From an uncultured Treponemataceae bacterium (GTDB lineage: Bacteria; Spirochaetota; Spirochaetia; Treponematales; Treponemataceae), in NCBI GenBank assembly GCA_964370725.1, contig CAYJLQ010000001.1, positions 1 through 34,890 on the forward strand: a DNA stretch of 34,890 nucleotides, in the 5' to 3' direction. Below, one piece after another: positions 33,710 through 34,890 of the stretch. The translations under genes and the position numbers were made by a program. The first letter of the stretch is position 1; every line of letters begins with the position of its first letter. The notes beneath the pieces are model-generated. The model did no database searches. It saw nothing but the letters and a program-made list of their open reading frames with translations, and had not been told where the DNA came from.

Positions 33710-34516
33710 TTATACATTGCTTTTGGCTTTATCCCAAAGGGTATCCATTTTTTCTAAATTTTCTTTTTTCATTTCAATGTTTTGTGCCTTGCATTCTGTT
33801 TCAACGTAGCTAAAGCGTTTTTTAAACTTTTCATTTGCACGGGCGAGGGCAATAGTTGGGTCAATTCCCATATGTCTAATTACGTTTACTGCGGCAAATA
33901 GTAAGTCCCCTGCTTCTTCTTCAGTGTGGTTTTTGTTACCCGATAGGTGCGCTTCTTTTAGTTCATCAATTTCTTCATAAAACTTAGTAAATGAGCCATC
34001 TGTGTTATCCCAATCAAAGCCTTTTTTCGAGGCCTTTTTTTGCATTTTGTAGGCACGAAGGAGGGGAGGGAAAGAAAGCGGAACCTCGTCTAATATTCCT
34101 TTTTCGCCTTTTTTCCCTTCTATTTGCTCTTTTATCTTATCCCATTGGTTTAAAACTTCGCCGCTTGTGGTGGCTTCATTTTCTACAATTGAGTGCCCTT
34201 CAGATTCAGGAAACACGTGCGGGTGGCGGCGTACCAATTTTTCAGACACCTCATTTAAAACTTCGGCTACGGTAAAATCGCCTTGTTCTTCGTACATGTA
34301 GGAAATCATCGCAACGTTTAAAAAGGTGTCACCAAGCTCTTCTCGAATGTGCGCGATATGGTTAGAGTTTATGGCATCGATGGCCTCATAGGTTTCTTCT
34401 ATAAAAGTAGAACGTAGGCTTTCCGGTGTTTGCTCCCTATCCCAAGGGCATCCATCGGGTGCTCTTAGTTTTTTTATAATATTGATAAAGTTTTCAAATG
34501 CTTCATTGTTTTTCAT
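33710..34516 (-). CDS. mazG: Nucleoside triphosphate pyrophosphohydrolase MazG
   Basis: A tandem MazG fold is present, with CPWDREQT, E.YE..DAI, EELGD.F in the first half and EE.GDLLFA.VN..R in the second half. Confidence 0.88.
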   Translation of the reverse strand: MKNNEAFENFINIIKKLRAPDGCPWDREQTPESLRSTFIEETYEAIDAINSNHIAHIREELGDTFLNVAMISYMYEEQGDFTVAEVLNEVSEKLVRRHPHVFPESEGHSIVENEATTSGEVLNQWDKIKEQIEGKKGEKGILDEVPLSFPPLLRAYKMQKKASKKGFDWDNTDGSFTKFYEEIDELKEAHLSGNKNHTEEEAGDLLFAAVNVIRHMGIDPTIALARANEKFKKRFSYVETECKAQNIEMKKENLEKMDTLWDKAKSNV

Positions 34517-34644
34517 GTTATTTCCTTAAAAAAATCAATCTTCACGACGTACCGTCGTACCTCGTTTTAAAAAAATGTTCCTATTTTTTACTCACAAATA
34601 AAAATCCTATAAATCTGTGTAATTCTTGCGGATAAAAAAACTTT

Positions 34645-34890
34645 TTACAATCCTACGCTTACCTTTTTCCACTCGTTCAATAGCTTATTTGGGTCTTTTG
34701 TGAGTAGGCTGTCGATAAGTGGCTTTGCCATGTCAAAGGCTTGAGCGTTTATAATGCTTTCATCACTGGTAAAATCAGATAGTACCCATCCTGAAATGTC
34801 ATCATGGTTTGGCCTTCCTATTCCAAAACGGAGGCGCCAAAAATCGGCTGTTCCAAAACATTCTTTCATTGAGCGAAGTCCATTGTGTCC
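34645..34890 (-). CDS. pth: Peptidyl-tRNA hydrolase, C-terminal part (5' end lies outside the window)
   Basis: The reading frame stays open to the window edge. The translation GHNGLRSMKE....FWRLRFGIGRP contains the conserved Pth GHNG and (R)IGIG(R/H)P blocks. Confidence 0.85.
   Translation of the reverse strand, partial: GHNGLRSMKECFGTADFWRLRFGIGRPNHDDISGWVLSDFTSDESIINAQAFDMAKPLIDSLLTKDPNKLLNEWKKVSVGL

Noticed and set aside
34544-34558. GC-rich 6-bp hairpin ACGACG-TAC-CGTCGT between pth and mazG
   Set aside because: The stem is short and, on the coding (minus) strand, the T-run starts about 10 nt after it. At best it is a weak terminator, and it has no repeat partner in the window.
1-34890. 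Defense islands, toxin-antitoxin pairs, prophage or integrative elements
   Set aside because: No integrase, transposase, recombinase, nuclease-helicase defense-type or small paired TA-like ORFs were found. There is no tRNA attachment site and no flanking long direct repeats. Gene content is core-genome-like throughout.

Overview
AT-rich chromosomal window with 32 protein genes called. I saw no rRNA or tRNA genes, no transposase or integrase, and no regular CRISPR array. The content reads like the core genome of a Treponema-like spirochete. Supporting this are a roughly 600-aa AlaRS lacking the C-Ala domain, exported FecR-domain and beta-barrel-like proteins, a stand-alone DbpA-domain protein and a CHASE2 class III cyclase. 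The taxon call is inference only. Housekeeping genes present are alaS, argS, nusB, arfB, pth (partial), mazG, a clpP paralog and an S1-domain protein. Salvage and transport genes are uraA, nagA, nagB and a Na/Pi-PhoU transporter. The stand-out locus is a tight minus-strand unit at 27995-32948, probably co-transcribed with clpP at 32980-33582. In it a dedicated ECF importer (duplicated ATPase, T component, UPF0397-like S component) is bracketed by two divergent but catalytically intact DUF62/COG1912 SAM-hydrolase (fluorinase/chlorinase-fold) paralogs. I read this as a candidate import-and-cleave module for SAM or a related 5'-adenosyl compound. Other points worth a second look: a degenerate array of covarying hairpin-AGAGC modules and a 27-bp direct repeat at the 5' edge of the window; a FecR / beta-barrel / secreted-protein cluster divergent from the CHASE2 cyclase; several promoters placed so that transcripts would be leaderless; a perfect 14-bp palindrome inside the alaS promoter; and a 14-bp inverted repeat abutting the nagA ribosome-binding site. 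All family assignments come from motif recognition by eye; no searches were run.
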